The notes: a model not told the origin generated them from the sequence alone. A DNA stretch of 60,620 nt from an uncultured Gammaproteobacteria bacterium (GCA_964344145.1 CAYFME010000005.1:1-60620), one strand, 5' to 3'; positions 17,101-26,321 are shown, numbered from the stretch's first letter. Numbers and translations are program-made.

Positions 17101-18351
17101 TCCTCGTACGCAAACAACATCTCCCTGGTTACTATCGAGTTCCCAATGGAAGATGGTACGACCGGAACCGCAACGACTTCAATGTCTTCAAACGAAGCGA
17201 AGTTCAGCTTGAGTAGTGGAAGCGGAATCTACGTTGAATCCGGTGAGAGCGCAGACGTTCTGGTGTACGTTGACGTCCCAGAGACCAGCCGAAACACTGG
17301 TGGTTCTGCAACCTCCAACGAAAAGATCATGCTTGACACCTTCTCTGACACGACCAACGACGATAACTTCAAGGCGATCGGTCAGGGATCTGGTACGACA
17401 TTGGATGATGACGACCTCACGTTGACATCAACCGATCCAGCTACCTTCGTCGTGCGTGAGACTCAGCCAACGGTAACCTTGGACGACGATTCCCCAAGTG
17501 GAACCGGTAAGGTCCCTGGTGACCAGGAAGTATTCCGCTTCACGGTGGCGGCATCCTCTAACGAGGACGTTGTCATCAACGAGCTGGTCTGGAAGATCGC
17601 AAGCACTGATAACGGTTCATCGAACTGGAACCAGTGTGACACCGATAACTCTGGAGCAAACGCTCGAACAACCAGCTCTACAGACGTTGATACAACTGAC
17701 TTTGACTTCTACAACTTGTCAAAGGACGGAACATCAACAGCCCTTGATGTCAACACAGACTGGTTGATCTTGAAGGCAACAGGTGCCGTTTGTGACGCAA
17801 CAGCGGCAGACGTAGGATTCGTCGCGCTTGCATTGGCAACGGCAGAAGTCGTGCCTGCAGGATCGAGTTACACGTACGCTCTGTACATGGACACGACTCC
17901 AGCATCTGCAACGAACGATGACAGCCTTCAGCTCACATTGACGAACGATCCGTTGGATGGTGCTACATGGCAGTCCTCAAGTGACTCTAACGAGAATGAC
18001 TTGACGTCAATCGACACAACTCTGTCCGTTTCATCCGGAACCGGATACACGGCTGGAGACATCATCTGTCTCGACCTCACAGACGATGGATGTGACAACG
18101 CATCCGTCGGAGAGGATGAGAAGGCTCTTGTTACAGGTGTCAGCACCAACGATCTGACGATCGTTCGTGGATACCTCGGAACCGAGCCAGACGAAGGTAA
18201 CGCCTTCGACTCAGGTGACGACGTCGACCGTCTCCCAGGTGCATTCGTCTGGGAAGATGACGGAAACAGCTCATCTGCAACAGCAGGTGAAGACTGGAGC
18301 GCATACTTGGTTGATGACCTACCATTGACCGGTGGCTCACTGCAGTTCTAG
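14200..18351 (+). CDS. Giant (1383 aa) acidic, Ser/Thr/Asp-rich cell-surface protein with repeated beta-sandwich-like modules
   Basis: There is an N-terminal signal/TM (VFAIVTTVAMILGTLSAAIVPATASA) and at least six modules with the pattern F-F-A-E-I--LTV. Codon usage is genome-typical, and an AAAGGA RBS precedes the ATG. Confidence 0.8.
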   Translation: MDNTFVVRRRVFAIVTTVAMILGTLSAAIVPATASAASGGDLIMGESLSTLYYYGYDGSRYTFPNEKTFMTWRADFDDVETISDSELADISLAGNVVYRPGSYWIKITSDAKTYAVSTDGMIHWIESEDVAVDYAGDDWNEGIHDVPDVFFVDYSAGASLESATAYDGLAYMDGSDYYLSWGGEKRMMNEMDDNYYWDWMFLDGEGIDDSSLSDGSDIDAAECALYDIAQTGDCSDDSDDDSDSSGDLEVSVASDTPAAMSIPNSAARVAVASFDFEAGSEDAELNSLTVTLGGLATTGAINTDGVYLYEGESRLTEGRTVNSSTRQATFSALNIAVEAGETVTLSVVVDMSTTVNDGSFYFYLSEEGDVDADGDVDGDFPLDGETHSITDIDVGSVTLTKTGSIANPTLGEDDAIVGKFQVQVGSGEDISIETITLKVDQASDHDDFKLWQGSDQIGTGEYIGNKLVLFTLDEAYEIEKSKNVNFSVSMDVGGQANDAVDVYLNSDADFNATGDDYGFNVTVTRSAYDGGSASGTEASGSCSATTDDCSYSTIQGGDITFSFGGPSASDVKDGAEDYSFLDFSVTSADWAEVDSMAIIVDGTDADSGGDSGLDDLILTDIKLVMSDDASLVAGPQELSSSGSATQQTITFSDNWVLEAGETYDMSVTADVDSTVAENNDTITMTLDVSGLTIEDANNDAIASADIVPSADMAGYAHTVASASLTVTLASTPTGDTTVVRGMDDIDVVGFNFEAGDGSDIEITDLTVEVWVDEDSGGTFAIGTEGSTNSTDRISSCSLYDTDDTLIAGPESVSSAAAGTLLFQNFSWWIDAGAIEKVFVRCNLANVAPGTDDEFAFEIDGAGAADSADITALDDEGTSLASGDITAASINASEGTKISVTANGSLTVAVDSGTPSADFVMTGSSDNHVTTLEWTATNEDFEITTLTVAEQQAKQDDADDDDSATDEDSSYANNISLVTIEFPMEDGTTGTATTSMSSNEAKFSLSSGSGIYVESGESADVLVYVDVPETSRNTGGSATSNEKIMLDTFSDTTNDDNFKAIGQGSGTTLDDDDLTLTSTDPATFVVRETQPTVTLDDDSPSGTGKVPGDQEVFRFTVAASSNEDVVINELVWKIASTDNGSSNWNQCDTDNSGANARTTSSTDVDTTDFDFYNLSKDGTSTALDVNTDWLILKATGAVCDATAADVGFVALALATAEVVPAGSSYTYALYMDTTPASATNDDSLQLTLTNDPLDGATWQSSSDSNENDLTSIDTTLSVSSGTGYTAGDIICLDLTDDGCDNASVGEDEKALVTGVSTNDLTIVRGYLGTEPDEGNAFDSGDDVDRLPGAFVWEDDGNSSSATAGEDWSAYLVDDLPLTGGSLQF

Positions 18352-18374
18352 TTCTAGAATCGCAGTTTTCCAAG

Positions 18375-18403
18375 AAACACCGACCCCTTGCGGGTCGGTG
18401 TTT
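18375..18403 (+). terminator. Hairpin terminator after giant gene
   Basis: AAACACCGACCC-CTTGC-GGGTCGGTGTTT forms a 12-bp perfect stem. Confidence 0.6.
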
Positions 18404-18425
18404 CGTCTGCTAAACTTCTCCCACT

Positions 18426-19100
18426 ATGAAACGCAAAAATATCCTCTTTATTCTCGCTATCATTGTTCTGGCAGTCGTGTTCGGATCGCAATGGCAGAAC
18501 AACAATTCCTCTCAGGAACTGGTCATGCAGATGGAGGTCGACATTGATGATCAGCTGCGTGATTTTTTGGAGCGCCAGCTTAGTGTTTATCAAGCAGCAT
18601 TGGCTGCATATGAGTCTGTTGGGGGGCAGCCAGACCTCAGTCTGTATACACTGACGGCGTTTAACGCAAAGCACCTGGGTGATCTTGCACTGGCAAAGGA
18701 AATTTACGAGCAATATTTCGAAGTACACACAACAAACTACGCCGCTTATGACAGTTATGGAAGCGTCCTGCGACGTATGGGTGACCTGGAAGGTGCGGAA
18801 GACGCTTATCGAAAAGCGATCTCGCTAAATAACGACACCGAGGACTATTACATGGACCTTGTTCGTGTTTTGGAGGAAATGGGACGTGATGCTGAGGTTG
18901 AGGATGTCTACAAGGATGCTATTAAGGAAGTCGGCCAAACGCGCTCACTGCTCGTGGGGCTGGCAGAGTGGTATGCCGACCACGGGTATTGCGAGGATGC
19001 CATTAGCCATTACGAAGTTGCGCTACAGCTAGCAGAGGACGAGGGTATCGCCGAGGCGATTGAGGAAGATATTGCAGAGGTGGAAGAATCCTGCGAATAG
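18426..19100 (+). CDS. Membrane-anchored TPR-repeat protein
   Basis: There is an N-terminal TM (ILFILAIIVLAVVFG) and TPR-like repeats (GDLEGAEDAYRKAISLNNDTEDYY, GYCEDAISHYEVALQLA). Confidence 0.7.
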   Translation: MKRKNILFILAIIVLAVVFGSQWQNNNSSQELVMQMEVDIDDQLRDFLERQLSVYQAALAAYESVGGQPDLSLYTLTAFNAKHLGDLALAKEIYEQYFEVHTTNYAAYDSYGSVLRRMGDLEGAEDAYRKAISLNNDTEDYYMDLVRVLEEMGRDAEVEDVYKDAIKEVGQTRSLLVGLAEWYADHGYCEDAISHYEVALQLAEDEGIAEAIEEDIAEVEESCE

Positions 19101-19127
19101 AGTTGGATAGTGTGCTAAAATGGATCC

Positions 19128-20789
19128 GTGTATTCGACCGGAAGAACAAGGTTTGAACGCGCGGTGATGATCGGTCTCATCGCCCTTTTGTGGCTGAGTC
19201 CGATCTTTTTGTTTGCAAAAGAGCCAGATGATGAACATTACGACGAACAGTGGTATCTCGATCAAGTTGATGCGCCTATTGCTTGGGATCAAGAAACGGG
19301 TTCATCGAAGATTGTGATTGCGGTGCTGGATACGGGTGTTTCGCTCGAGCATCCAGATCTCGAGCCTAATCTTTGGGAGAACAATGACGAGATCGCCGAC
19401 AATGGGAAGGACGATGATGGGAACGGTTTTATTGATGACAAGTATGGATGGGATTTTGTTGATGACGACAACGACCCAAATCCCGATGCGAGCGCTGACG
19501 CAGATCCAGATGCGATTTCGCATGGTACCGTCATTGCTGGCATTATCGGCGCGCAGGCCGACAACGAGGAAGGGGTCGCTGGCGTTATGTGGAATGTGGA
19601 GATTATGGCTGTACGCATGCTCAACAAAAATGGCGCAGGGAATTCTACGGATGCCGCAGACGCGGTTGATTATGCGGTAGAAAACGGCGCTGATGTGATT
19701 AACCTTAGTTTTGCTGGAGATGCAAATGATCCAAAGCTACGTGATTCTATTGAGGACGCGTATAATGCTGGCGTGGTTGTCGTTGCGGCATTGGGGAATG
19801 ATGGGAAGAGCACCGACAGAAATCCTGTCTATCCAGCCTGTTACAAAAATGGATCCACGGACTGGGTGATCGGCGTGGCGGCGACAACAAAAACAGACAA
19901 GAAGTCGACATTCTCAAACTTTGGACAAGACTGTACGGATCTGAGCGCGCCAGGTGAGGACATGTTTAGTACAGATTACTACGATGAAGACGATTCGGAG
20001 GACGCCTACACAGGAGGTTGGGCTGGTACATCGGTGTCGTCTCCCGTGGTTGCGGGCGCCGTTGGTATTTTGCTGTCAGCCTATCCAAGCCTCACTCCGG
20101 AAGAGGTCCGCTTGTCACTTGAGTTATCCGTAGACCCCCTTCAGGCTCCTGAGTTTATCAACAAGCTGGGCGCCGGCCGATTGAATATTCAATCAGCATT
20201 AGAAATGGCAGCAAACTATGCGGATGAGGAGGATGAAGAAGATGAGGAAGAAGAGCCGTCCGGCGACGTTGTGGTCGAGGCCGGCGAGGGCGTGTCCCCT
20301 GTGACCGGCGAGGCCGAGGCGATTTCAAGTGTGAACGCGGGTGACTACATCACCAGTCCATCGTACTCGACCGTGTACTATGTGACAGAGGATGGCGAAC
20401 GTCGGCCGTTTATGGATACAAACACCTTCTTTACCTACGAAGATTCGTTTGATCTTGTAAAGGAAGTGACGGACGCTACCTTACCGGAGTTGACGTTTGG
20501 ACAGCTGATGCTGCCAAAGGAGGGGGTGGTGCTTGTGAAGATTCAAAGTACTCCGACGGTCTATGCGCTTGGCGAGAACGATGGTGATGCGTTTGCACCG
20601 GCTCTGCGCGAGATCGAAACCGAGGAGTTGGCGATTGAGTTGTACGGGAGTGACTGGGCTGACTATGTGATTGATGTGCAATCGACCTTCTTTTCAAAGT
20701 TCGGTTCCGATGATCCAATGGAAGAAGGGGAGACTGTCGACAAAACCATTATGAAAACGCGAGCGGAATTAAGTGCGCTTGCTCAATAA
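19128..20789 (+). CDS. Subtilisin-like S8 serine protease with acidic linker and C-terminal surface-module
   Basis: The D-H-S triad contexts are VIAVLDTGV, SHGTVIAGIIG and GTSVSSPVVAG. The start is either GTG 19128 or ATG 19167. The C-terminal 120 aa are homologous to the N-terminus of the giant protein. Confidence 0.85.
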   Translation: MYSTGRTRFERAVMIGLIALLWLSPIFLFAKEPDDEHYDEQWYLDQVDAPIAWDQETGSSKIVIAVLDTGVSLEHPDLEPNLWENNDEIADNGKDDDGNGFIDDKYGWDFVDDDNDPNPDASADADPDAISHGTVIAGIIGAQADNEEGVAGVMWNVEIMAVRMLNKNGAGNSTDAADAVDYAVENGADVINLSFAGDANDPKLRDSIEDAYNAGVVVVAALGNDGKSTDRNPVYPACYKNGSTDWVIGVAATTKTDKKSTFSNFGQDCTDLSAPGEDMFSTDYYDEDDSEDAYTGGWAGTSVSSPVVAGAVGILLSAYPSLTPEEVRLSLELSVDPLQAPEFINKLGAGRLNIQSALEMAANYADEEDEEDEEEEPSGDVVVEAGEGVSPVTGEAEAISSVNAGDYITSPSYSTVYYVTEDGERRPFMDTNTFFTYEDSFDLVKEVTDATLPELTFGQLMLPKEGVVLVKIQSTPTVYALGENDGDAFAPALREIETEELAIELYGSDWADYVIDVQSTFFSKFGSDDPMEEGETVDKTIMKTRAELSALAQ

Positions 20790-20796
20790 CATTTCT

Positions 20797-21804
20797 ATGG
20801 CTGACAAACCTATTGCTGTCGTAACAGGAGGGGCCGGTTTTATCGGTTCGTTTCTGTGCGAAGCGCTTTTGAAGGAGGGAAAGCGAGTGATCTGTATTGA
20901 TAACTTTAGTACAGGTCATGTTCGAAATATTGATCCGTATCTGCGCCACGCGGACTTTCAGTTTCTGCGACTAGACATTAACGAGCCAATCGATTTGGAA
21001 TCGTTTGCAGAGCTTGAGCCGTTTAAGGTGAAGTTCACGGGTGTGCAGGAGATTTATCATTTGGCCGTTCCAACATCGATTAAGCATTTTGATGATCATC
21101 GCATTCAGACACTCCTCTCGAGCTCTGTTGGGACGCGCAACGTGTTGGACCTTGCTGTGAAGTACAAGGCAAATGTGTTGTTCGCTTCGAGTTCTGTTGT
21201 GTACGGTGGTCGAACAAAGGATGTGACCGTGTTTGAGGAGGATTACAAGGGGATCGTCGATCATCTCACACCACGCGCATGTTATGACGAAGGGAAGCGA
21301 TTTTCCGAGACGATGTTCTTGACGTACGCACAAGCACAGGGTGTGCAGACACGCATCGCGCGTATCTTCCGTACCTTCGGACCGCGCATGCCGCTGTTTG
21401 ATGGCCATCAGGTTCCGGACTTCGTGATGGCCGCGTTGAATAATGAAGATGTGGTCATTAACGGGACAAAGGAGTTCAAGACATCAATGGTGTATGTCAC
21501 CGATGTTGTCGACGGACTGATGCGCTTGATGAGTGCGAAAGCTGATCCAGGTCCGGTGAACATTGGAAGTGACGTTGATTTGGCGCTCGCGGAGGTCGCG
21601 CAGAAGATTATTGATATGGCAGGATCGACGTCTAAGATCACGTATGCTGATCAGCTGATGTTTCTCACGGAGCTCGGACTGCCATCGATTGTCAAAGCAA
21701 AAGAGAAGCTATCGTGGTTCCCAGTGGTTCGCCTTGAGGACGGCCTGCAAAAGACGATTGACTACATTCGGGCCAACAAAATCTTGCTCACCGACGGGTC
21801 ATGA
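20797..21804 (+). CDS. UDP-glucuronate decarboxylase-like NAD-dependent epimerase/dehydratase (SDR)
   Basis: Start is ATG 20797. Supporting motifs are VVTGGAGFIGSFLCEALL and CYDEGKRFSE (YxxxK). Confidence 0.8.
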   Translation: MADKPIAVVTGGAGFIGSFLCEALLKEGKRVICIDNFSTGHVRNIDPYLRHADFQFLRLDINEPIDLESFAELEPFKVKFTGVQEIYHLAVPTSIKHFDDHRIQTLLSSSVGTRNVLDLAVKYKANVLFASSSVVYGGRTKDVTVFEEDYKGIVDHLTPRACYDEGKRFSETMFLTYAQAQGVQTRIARIFRTFGPRMPLFDGHQVPDFVMAALNNEDVVINGTKEFKTSMVYVTDVVDGLMRLMSAKADPGPVNIGSDVDLALAEVAQKIIDMAGSTSKITYADQLMFLTELGLPSIVKAKEKLSWFPVVRLEDGLQKTIDYIRANKILLTDGS

Positions 21805-21818
21805 GGTAACCTCGGGTC

Positions 21819-22496
21819 ATGAAAACAGTGGCCGTTATCCCAGCTTATAACGAACAGGGTCGCATTGGTGCCTCCGTGCGCGATGTGGCCTTGTTTTGCG
21901 ATGCGGCCGTCGTTGTGGATGACTGTTCACAGGACCGAACGGGGATCGAGGCACGTCAGGCCGGTGCGTCTGTTCTGCGTCACGTCATCAATCGCGGTCA
22001 GGGTGCTGCTCTGCAAACCGGCACAGACTATGCTGTCGATCACCTCGATGCGGACATTGTGGTCCATTTTGATGCTGATGGGCAGATGATGGGCGAGGAG
22101 ATTCCAAAGATGGTACAACCGATCATCGACGGCAAAGCGGATATTGTTCTTGGCTCGCGGTTTTTAACGGGCTACGTTCAGATGCCGCCGTCGCGTCGTC
22201 TTCTTCTCAAGCTTGCTATCCTTTTTACCATGAGCACCTCGGGGATTCGCATCACCGATACGCACAACGGGTTTCGCGCCTTGTCTCGTCACGCGGCAAG
22301 GCAGGTGCGCATCACCCTCGATCGCATGGCGCATGCATCCCAAATGCATGATTTGATAAAGATGCACGATCTTCGCTATGTTGAAAGGCCGGTGACCATT
22401 CGCTATACAAAAGAGACTCTTGCAAAAGGTCAATCATCGCTTGGGGCCATTCGTATCGTAAAGGACTTTGTGTTCGACAAACTATTTCATCTATGA
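21819..22496 (+). CDS. GT2-family glycosyltransferase (polyprenol-phosphate sugar transferase-like)
   Basis: Supporting motifs are VAVIPAYNEQGRIG, VVVDDCSQDRT and HFDADGQ. Confidence 0.85.
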   Translation: MKTVAVIPAYNEQGRIGASVRDVALFCDAAVVVDDCSQDRTGIEARQAGASVLRHVINRGQGAALQTGTDYAVDHLDADIVVHFDADGQMMGEEIPKMVQPIIDGKADIVLGSRFLTGYVQMPPSRRLLLKLAILFTMSTSGIRITDTHNGFRALSRHAARQVRITLDRMAHASQMHDLIKMHDLRYVERPVTIRYTKETLAKGQSSLGAIRIVKDFVFDKLFHL

Positions 22497-22837
22497 TTTT
22501 TCAGATTCTCCTCGTTGCTTTTGCGCTTTTTGCGATCATCCATGCATCGCGTCAATACGCTAGACAAAAGATCAGCCGTTATTGGTTTGGGTTATGGACC
22601 ATCCTTTGGTTGGTGGTGATCCTTGTTGCTCTCGCTCCACAAACCACCGACTTGGTGGCTCAGACCGTCGGCGTGCAGAGGGGCGCAGACTTGCTCGTCT
22701 ACACAGCGGTCGTCATTTTGGTCTACGGGCTGTATCGAATGTCCGTTCGCGTCATGCGCGTGGAGCGCGAGATTACTGAGTTGGTGCGCAAGGTGGCGAT
22801 AGATCGAGCGGAGCAACCTGAGCAAAAGAACTTGTGA
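22493..22837 (+). CDS. DUF2304-like small membrane protein (GT2 partner)
   Basis: 114 aa with three TM segments. An ATGA overlap links it to the upstream GT2, and it overlaps the next gene by 4 nt. Confidence 0.65.
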   Translation: MIFQILLVAFALFAIIHASRQYARQKISRYWFGLWTILWLVVILVALAPQTTDLVAQTVGVQRGADLLVYTAVVILVYGLYRMSVRVMRVEREITELVRKVAIDRAEQPEQKNL

Positions 22838-23913
22838 AGCCGCGCGTCGCTGTTATCTATTTGTGTCACGGAAATCTCCGACACCTGTCAGAGGTTGTTT
22901 CGTCTTGGGCGGCGCAGGACTATCCGCATGATCGCCTCGCGGTTGTGATGGTGCCAAATGGATCGCCCGATGGGATCGCGGACGTCATTCGTCAAGACGT
23001 CCTGCCGCGTGCGGGGAAGGATTTACCATCGACCTTGCATTTGATCGACGATGGCGAGAATAAAGGGTTTGCTGGAGGAAACAATCAGGGTATCCGTTGG
23101 GCGCAAGAGAACGGATACGACTACGTCTATCTGAACAATGGTGATCTGAAATTGGATCCGTCGACGATCAGCAGGGCGGTTGAGATGGCGGAATCGGACG
23201 AGAAGATCGGCGCTGTTCAGTCGCTCGTGTTGTACTGGCATGATCATGAAAAGGTGAATACAACGGGTGGGGTGATCCATGTTGGCGGCTACGGGTTTGC
23301 ACGCGATAACGGGAAGCGGTTGAGTGAGATCGATCGCAAAGACGGAGAGGAGATCATGTACCCATCAGGAGCGGCAACGCTGTATCGCGTATCGGCCTTG
23401 AATAACGTTGGCCTGCTTGAAGAAGGGTTCTTCATGTATCACGAAGATCTCGAGCTGGGACTGCGGTTGCGCATTGCAGGATACAAAAACGTTCTGTCGA
23501 TGCAGTCGCGGACGTTCCATGATTATCACTTTTCTCGAAATCCAAAGAAGTTTCAATGGATGGAGACGTACCGCTGGGTGGTGATGTTTGCCTATCTCAA
23601 ACCGTTGTCTTTTGTTGTCTGGATGCCGTTTGCGTGTGTTATTGAAGTCGGTTCTATCCTGATGTCTTTGAAGGGTGGATGGTTTAAATCAAAGCTGCGC
23701 TCTATTTTTGTCTCGGGCTTACCTTCGACGATCATGCTGACTCAGAAGATTCGCAAGCGGCAAAAACAACTCCGCGTTATGAAGGATCAAGACTGGCTCA
23801 AGGATGTAACGGGTCGCATTGAGTATCAGGAGCAAGGATCCGCAGTGATGGACATGGCCAATGCTATTATTGACCCGTTGTGGAGGGCGGCGCGTAAGCT
23901 TATCGTTTGGTGA
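22834..23913 (+). CDS. GT2-family glycosyltransferase
   Basis: The GTG start overlaps the upstream stop. Supporting motifs are VAVIYLCHGN, NKGFAGGNNQG and YHEDLELGLR. Confidence 0.8.
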   Translation: MKPRVAVIYLCHGNLRHLSEVVSSWAAQDYPHDRLAVVMVPNGSPDGIADVIRQDVLPRAGKDLPSTLHLIDDGENKGFAGGNNQGIRWAQENGYDYVYLNNGDLKLDPSTISRAVEMAESDEKIGAVQSLVLYWHDHEKVNTTGGVIHVGGYGFARDNGKRLSEIDRKDGEEIMYPSGAATLYRVSALNNVGLLEEGFFMYHEDLELGLRLRIAGYKNVLSMQSRTFHDYHFSRNPKKFQWMETYRWVVMFAYLKPLSFVVWMPFACVIEVGSILMSLKGGWFKSKLRSIFVSGLPSTIMLTQKIRKRQKQLRVMKDQDWLKDVTGRIEYQEQGSAVMDMANAIIDPLWRAARKLIVW

Positions 23914-23914
23914 T

Positions 23915-25003
23915 ATGAAAATAGGATCCGTTATCACGGTATATCCGCCGTATCGTGGAGGGATGGGCGCTGTAGCGCAGCGCGAGATGCGCGCCATGCG
24001 CGCACGAGGTTTGGAAGTGGAAGTATTCACGGCGGATCCTCTGCACGATCAACCGTTTGAGGATAAAGGGGTGACGCCACTACGTCCGTTGTTTCGCACC
24101 GGAAACGCGTCGGTTTTGCCGCAACTGCTTTGGAAGTTGCGCACGGCCGACATTATTCATTTACACTATCCGTTTTACGGGGGTGCGTTGGCGGCGGCTC
24201 TTGCGGCGGTGTTGTGGCGCAAACCACTGGCGATCACCTATCACATGAAGGCGCAGTCTGGCGATTGGCGGAACATTATTTTTCAACTCCATCGTTGGAC
24301 CATTGAGCCTATTTTGATGCGTCTGGCAAAGATGATTTTGGTGAGTTCATTGGACTACGCGCGATCTGTTGGCCTGCGGTACAAAACGTTGCGTGAGTCT
24401 CCGTTTGGTGTAGACACAGACCTCTTTCACCCTGATGATCGCCAGCGAGATCAAGAACAGGTATCGTTTCTCTTTGTCGGTGGCATGGACAGGGCGCATG
24501 ACTTTAAGGGGATTCCTGAGCTGCTTAAAGCGATGGCGACGCTACCAAATGATGGCTGGCAACTGACATTGGTCGGTGACGGTGATCTGCGATCGTCGTA
24601 TGAGTCGCTTGCGCAGACGTACGGCATCAACCAGCGGGTACGATTCACGGGCAGCCTATCGCCGGAGGATCTCATTTATGAGTATCAGAAAGCTGATGTC
24701 CACCTGTTGCCGTCCACAAATCAATCTGAGGCGTTTGGATTAGTCACGCTTGAAGCTGGGGCCTGTGGCTGTGCATCAATCGTTTCTGATCTTCCTGGTG
24801 TGAGAACGCTTGTGCAGGATGGCAAGACCGGCTACATTGTAAAACCAGGGCATGTTGGTAGCCTAAGTTCGGCATTGATGCGTTGTTTGGACGATCCACA
24901 GCGCGTTTACGAGATGGGCGAGGCTGCGCGGCGACGTATCGAGCAAGAGTACTCCCAGAAGCATGTCATGGACCATTTGTATGAAAATTGGCATCGTCTC
25001 TAA
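23915..25003 (+). CDS. GT4-family glycosyltransferase
   Basis: ATG 23915 (MKIGSVITVYPPYRGGMG) is 1 nt after the upstream stop. The C-terminal motif is PSTNQSEAFGLVTLEAGACGCASIVSD. Confidence 0.85.
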   Translation: MKIGSVITVYPPYRGGMGAVAQREMRAMRARGLEVEVFTADPLHDQPFEDKGVTPLRPLFRTGNASVLPQLLWKLRTADIIHLHYPFYGGALAAALAAVLWRKPLAITYHMKAQSGDWRNIIFQLHRWTIEPILMRLAKMILVSSLDYARSVGLRYKTLRESPFGVDTDLFHPDDRQRDQEQVSFLFVGGMDRAHDFKGIPELLKAMATLPNDGWQLTLVGDGDLRSSYESLAQTYGINQRVRFTGSLSPEDLIYEYQKADVHLLPSTNQSEAFGLVTLEAGACGCASIVSDLPGVRTLVQDGKTGYIVKPGHVGSLSSALMRCLDDPQRVYEMGEAARRRIEQEYSQKHVMDHLYENWHRL

Positions 25004-26183
25004 TCTATATCCACCATATCAGCGCGGTGGCGCAGAATATGTGGTGGTGCGTACGGTCGAGGCCCTCATTGACATGGGGCACGACGTTTTTGTGATTTCT
25101 GGACGCCCCCGAAAAAGTCAGAATCAAGTTGAGTTCGATCACAATACAACGGAACGTATTTATCGGTTTTGGGCGATGAACATTTACTTTCTCCTTAACG
25201 ACAATAAGTATCCTTGGCTAGCACGTTTGGTGTGGCATATCATTGATACGTTTTGTTGGTGTGGCAAATGGAAGGTCGGCAAGATTTTGGATCAGGAAGA
25301 GCCAGACGCCGTCATTACGCACAACCTCAAGGGGATTGGCCTTCGTATTCCGCAGGCGATTCAGAAACGCAACATTCCGCACATACATGTGGCACACGAC
25401 TTGCAGCTCTTGGTCCCTTCCGGCCTCGTCATCGCTGGGCAAGAGGACATATCAAAGTGGACCCTTGTGTTTTATAAGATCTATCGTCGTGCGTGCCGTT
25501 GGGCATTTGGTTCTCCAGATTTGGTTCTTTTTCCATCACATTTTTTGCTTGAAGAATATCGCAAGGCCTACTTTTTTCCAGATGCACAGAACATGGTCAT
25601 GCAGAATCCTGCCCCGAACTTCAAGCCAGTGACCCGCACGACGCGCACACCGGGGCCGTTGCGTCTGTTGTTCGTGGGACAGCTGGAAGCCCACAAAGGG
25701 ATTTGTTTTCTGATGGATGTCTTTGGTTTGCTCTCGTTCCCAGCACAACTGATTATTGCAGGTGAGGGGACGATGCGTGAAGAAGTGAAGCGTCGGGCCA
25801 AGCTTGATAAAAAGGTGAGCTACCTTGGCTACATCTCAACAACGCAATTGCTGCACTGTCTCGGCGTGGCTGATGCGCTTGTTGTGCCGTCGCTGTGTTA
25901 CGAAAATTCCCCGACGGTTATTTACGAGGCGCTCGAGGCTGGCATTCCTGTTCTTGCGTCTGACATTGGTGGTGTGGGTGAGTTGGTGCAAGATGGACGA
26001 AATGGATTTTTGTTTAAGCCCGGATCAAAGGCCGACGCGATTGAAAAGTTTGAAATGATGAATCGAAAGAAAGAGATCTTTTTTAGAGCGCAGGACGATA
26101 TCCAGCGCACGGTCGCACCGTACGCGCTCAAGATGTACACAAATACACTCGTGAAGAAACTCGAGGAGCTCATTCGCGCGTGA
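24981..26183 (+). CDS. GT4-family glycosyltransferase
   Basis: The likely start is ATG 24981 (MKIGIVSNLYPPYQRGGAE), with 24963 as an alternative. The C-terminal motif is ENSPTVIYEALEAGIPVLASDIGG. Confidence 0.8.
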   Translation: MKIGIVSNLYPPYQRGGAEYVVVRTVEALIDMGHDVFVISGRPRKSQNQVEFDHNTTERIYRFWAMNIYFLLNDNKYPWLARLVWHIIDTFCWCGKWKVGKILDQEEPDAVITHNLKGIGLRIPQAIQKRNIPHIHVAHDLQLLVPSGLVIAGQEDISKWTLVFYKIYRRACRWAFGSPDLVLFPSHFLLEEYRKAYFFPDAQNMVMQNPAPNFKPVTRTTRTPGPLRLLFVGQLEAHKGICFLMDVFGLLSFPAQLIIAGEGTMREEVKRRAKLDKKVSYLGYISTTQLLHCLGVADALVVPSLCYENSPTVIYEALEAGIPVLASDIGGVGELVQDGRNGFLFKPGSKADAIEKFEMMNRKKEIFFRAQDDIQRTVAPYALKMYTNTLVKKLEELIRA

Positions 26184-26234
26184 GGTTTGAGTTATGACAA
26201 CTAAATGTTCGATCGGACAAGTTATGGTCAGCTT

Positions 26235-26262
26235 CAAAACTCTGCCGATCGGCAGAGTTTTG
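26235..26262. terminator. CCGATCGG-centred perfect palindrome, sibling of 6558-6595
   Basis: CAAAACTCTGCCGATCGGCAGAGTTTTG differs from the 6561-6588 copy only by a compensatory G/C to C/G swap. Confidence 0.6.
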
Positions 26263-26287
26263 CACCCTCGTACGTGAACAGTAAACA

Positions 26288-26321
26288 AACAACAACTGAC
26301 GCGATCGTGTCAGTTGTTGTT
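26288..26321. terminator. 13-bp perfect hairpin with GCGATCGT loop
   Basis: AACAACAACTGAC-GCGATCGT-GTCAGTTGTTGTT lies between convergent genes. Confidence 0.6.
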
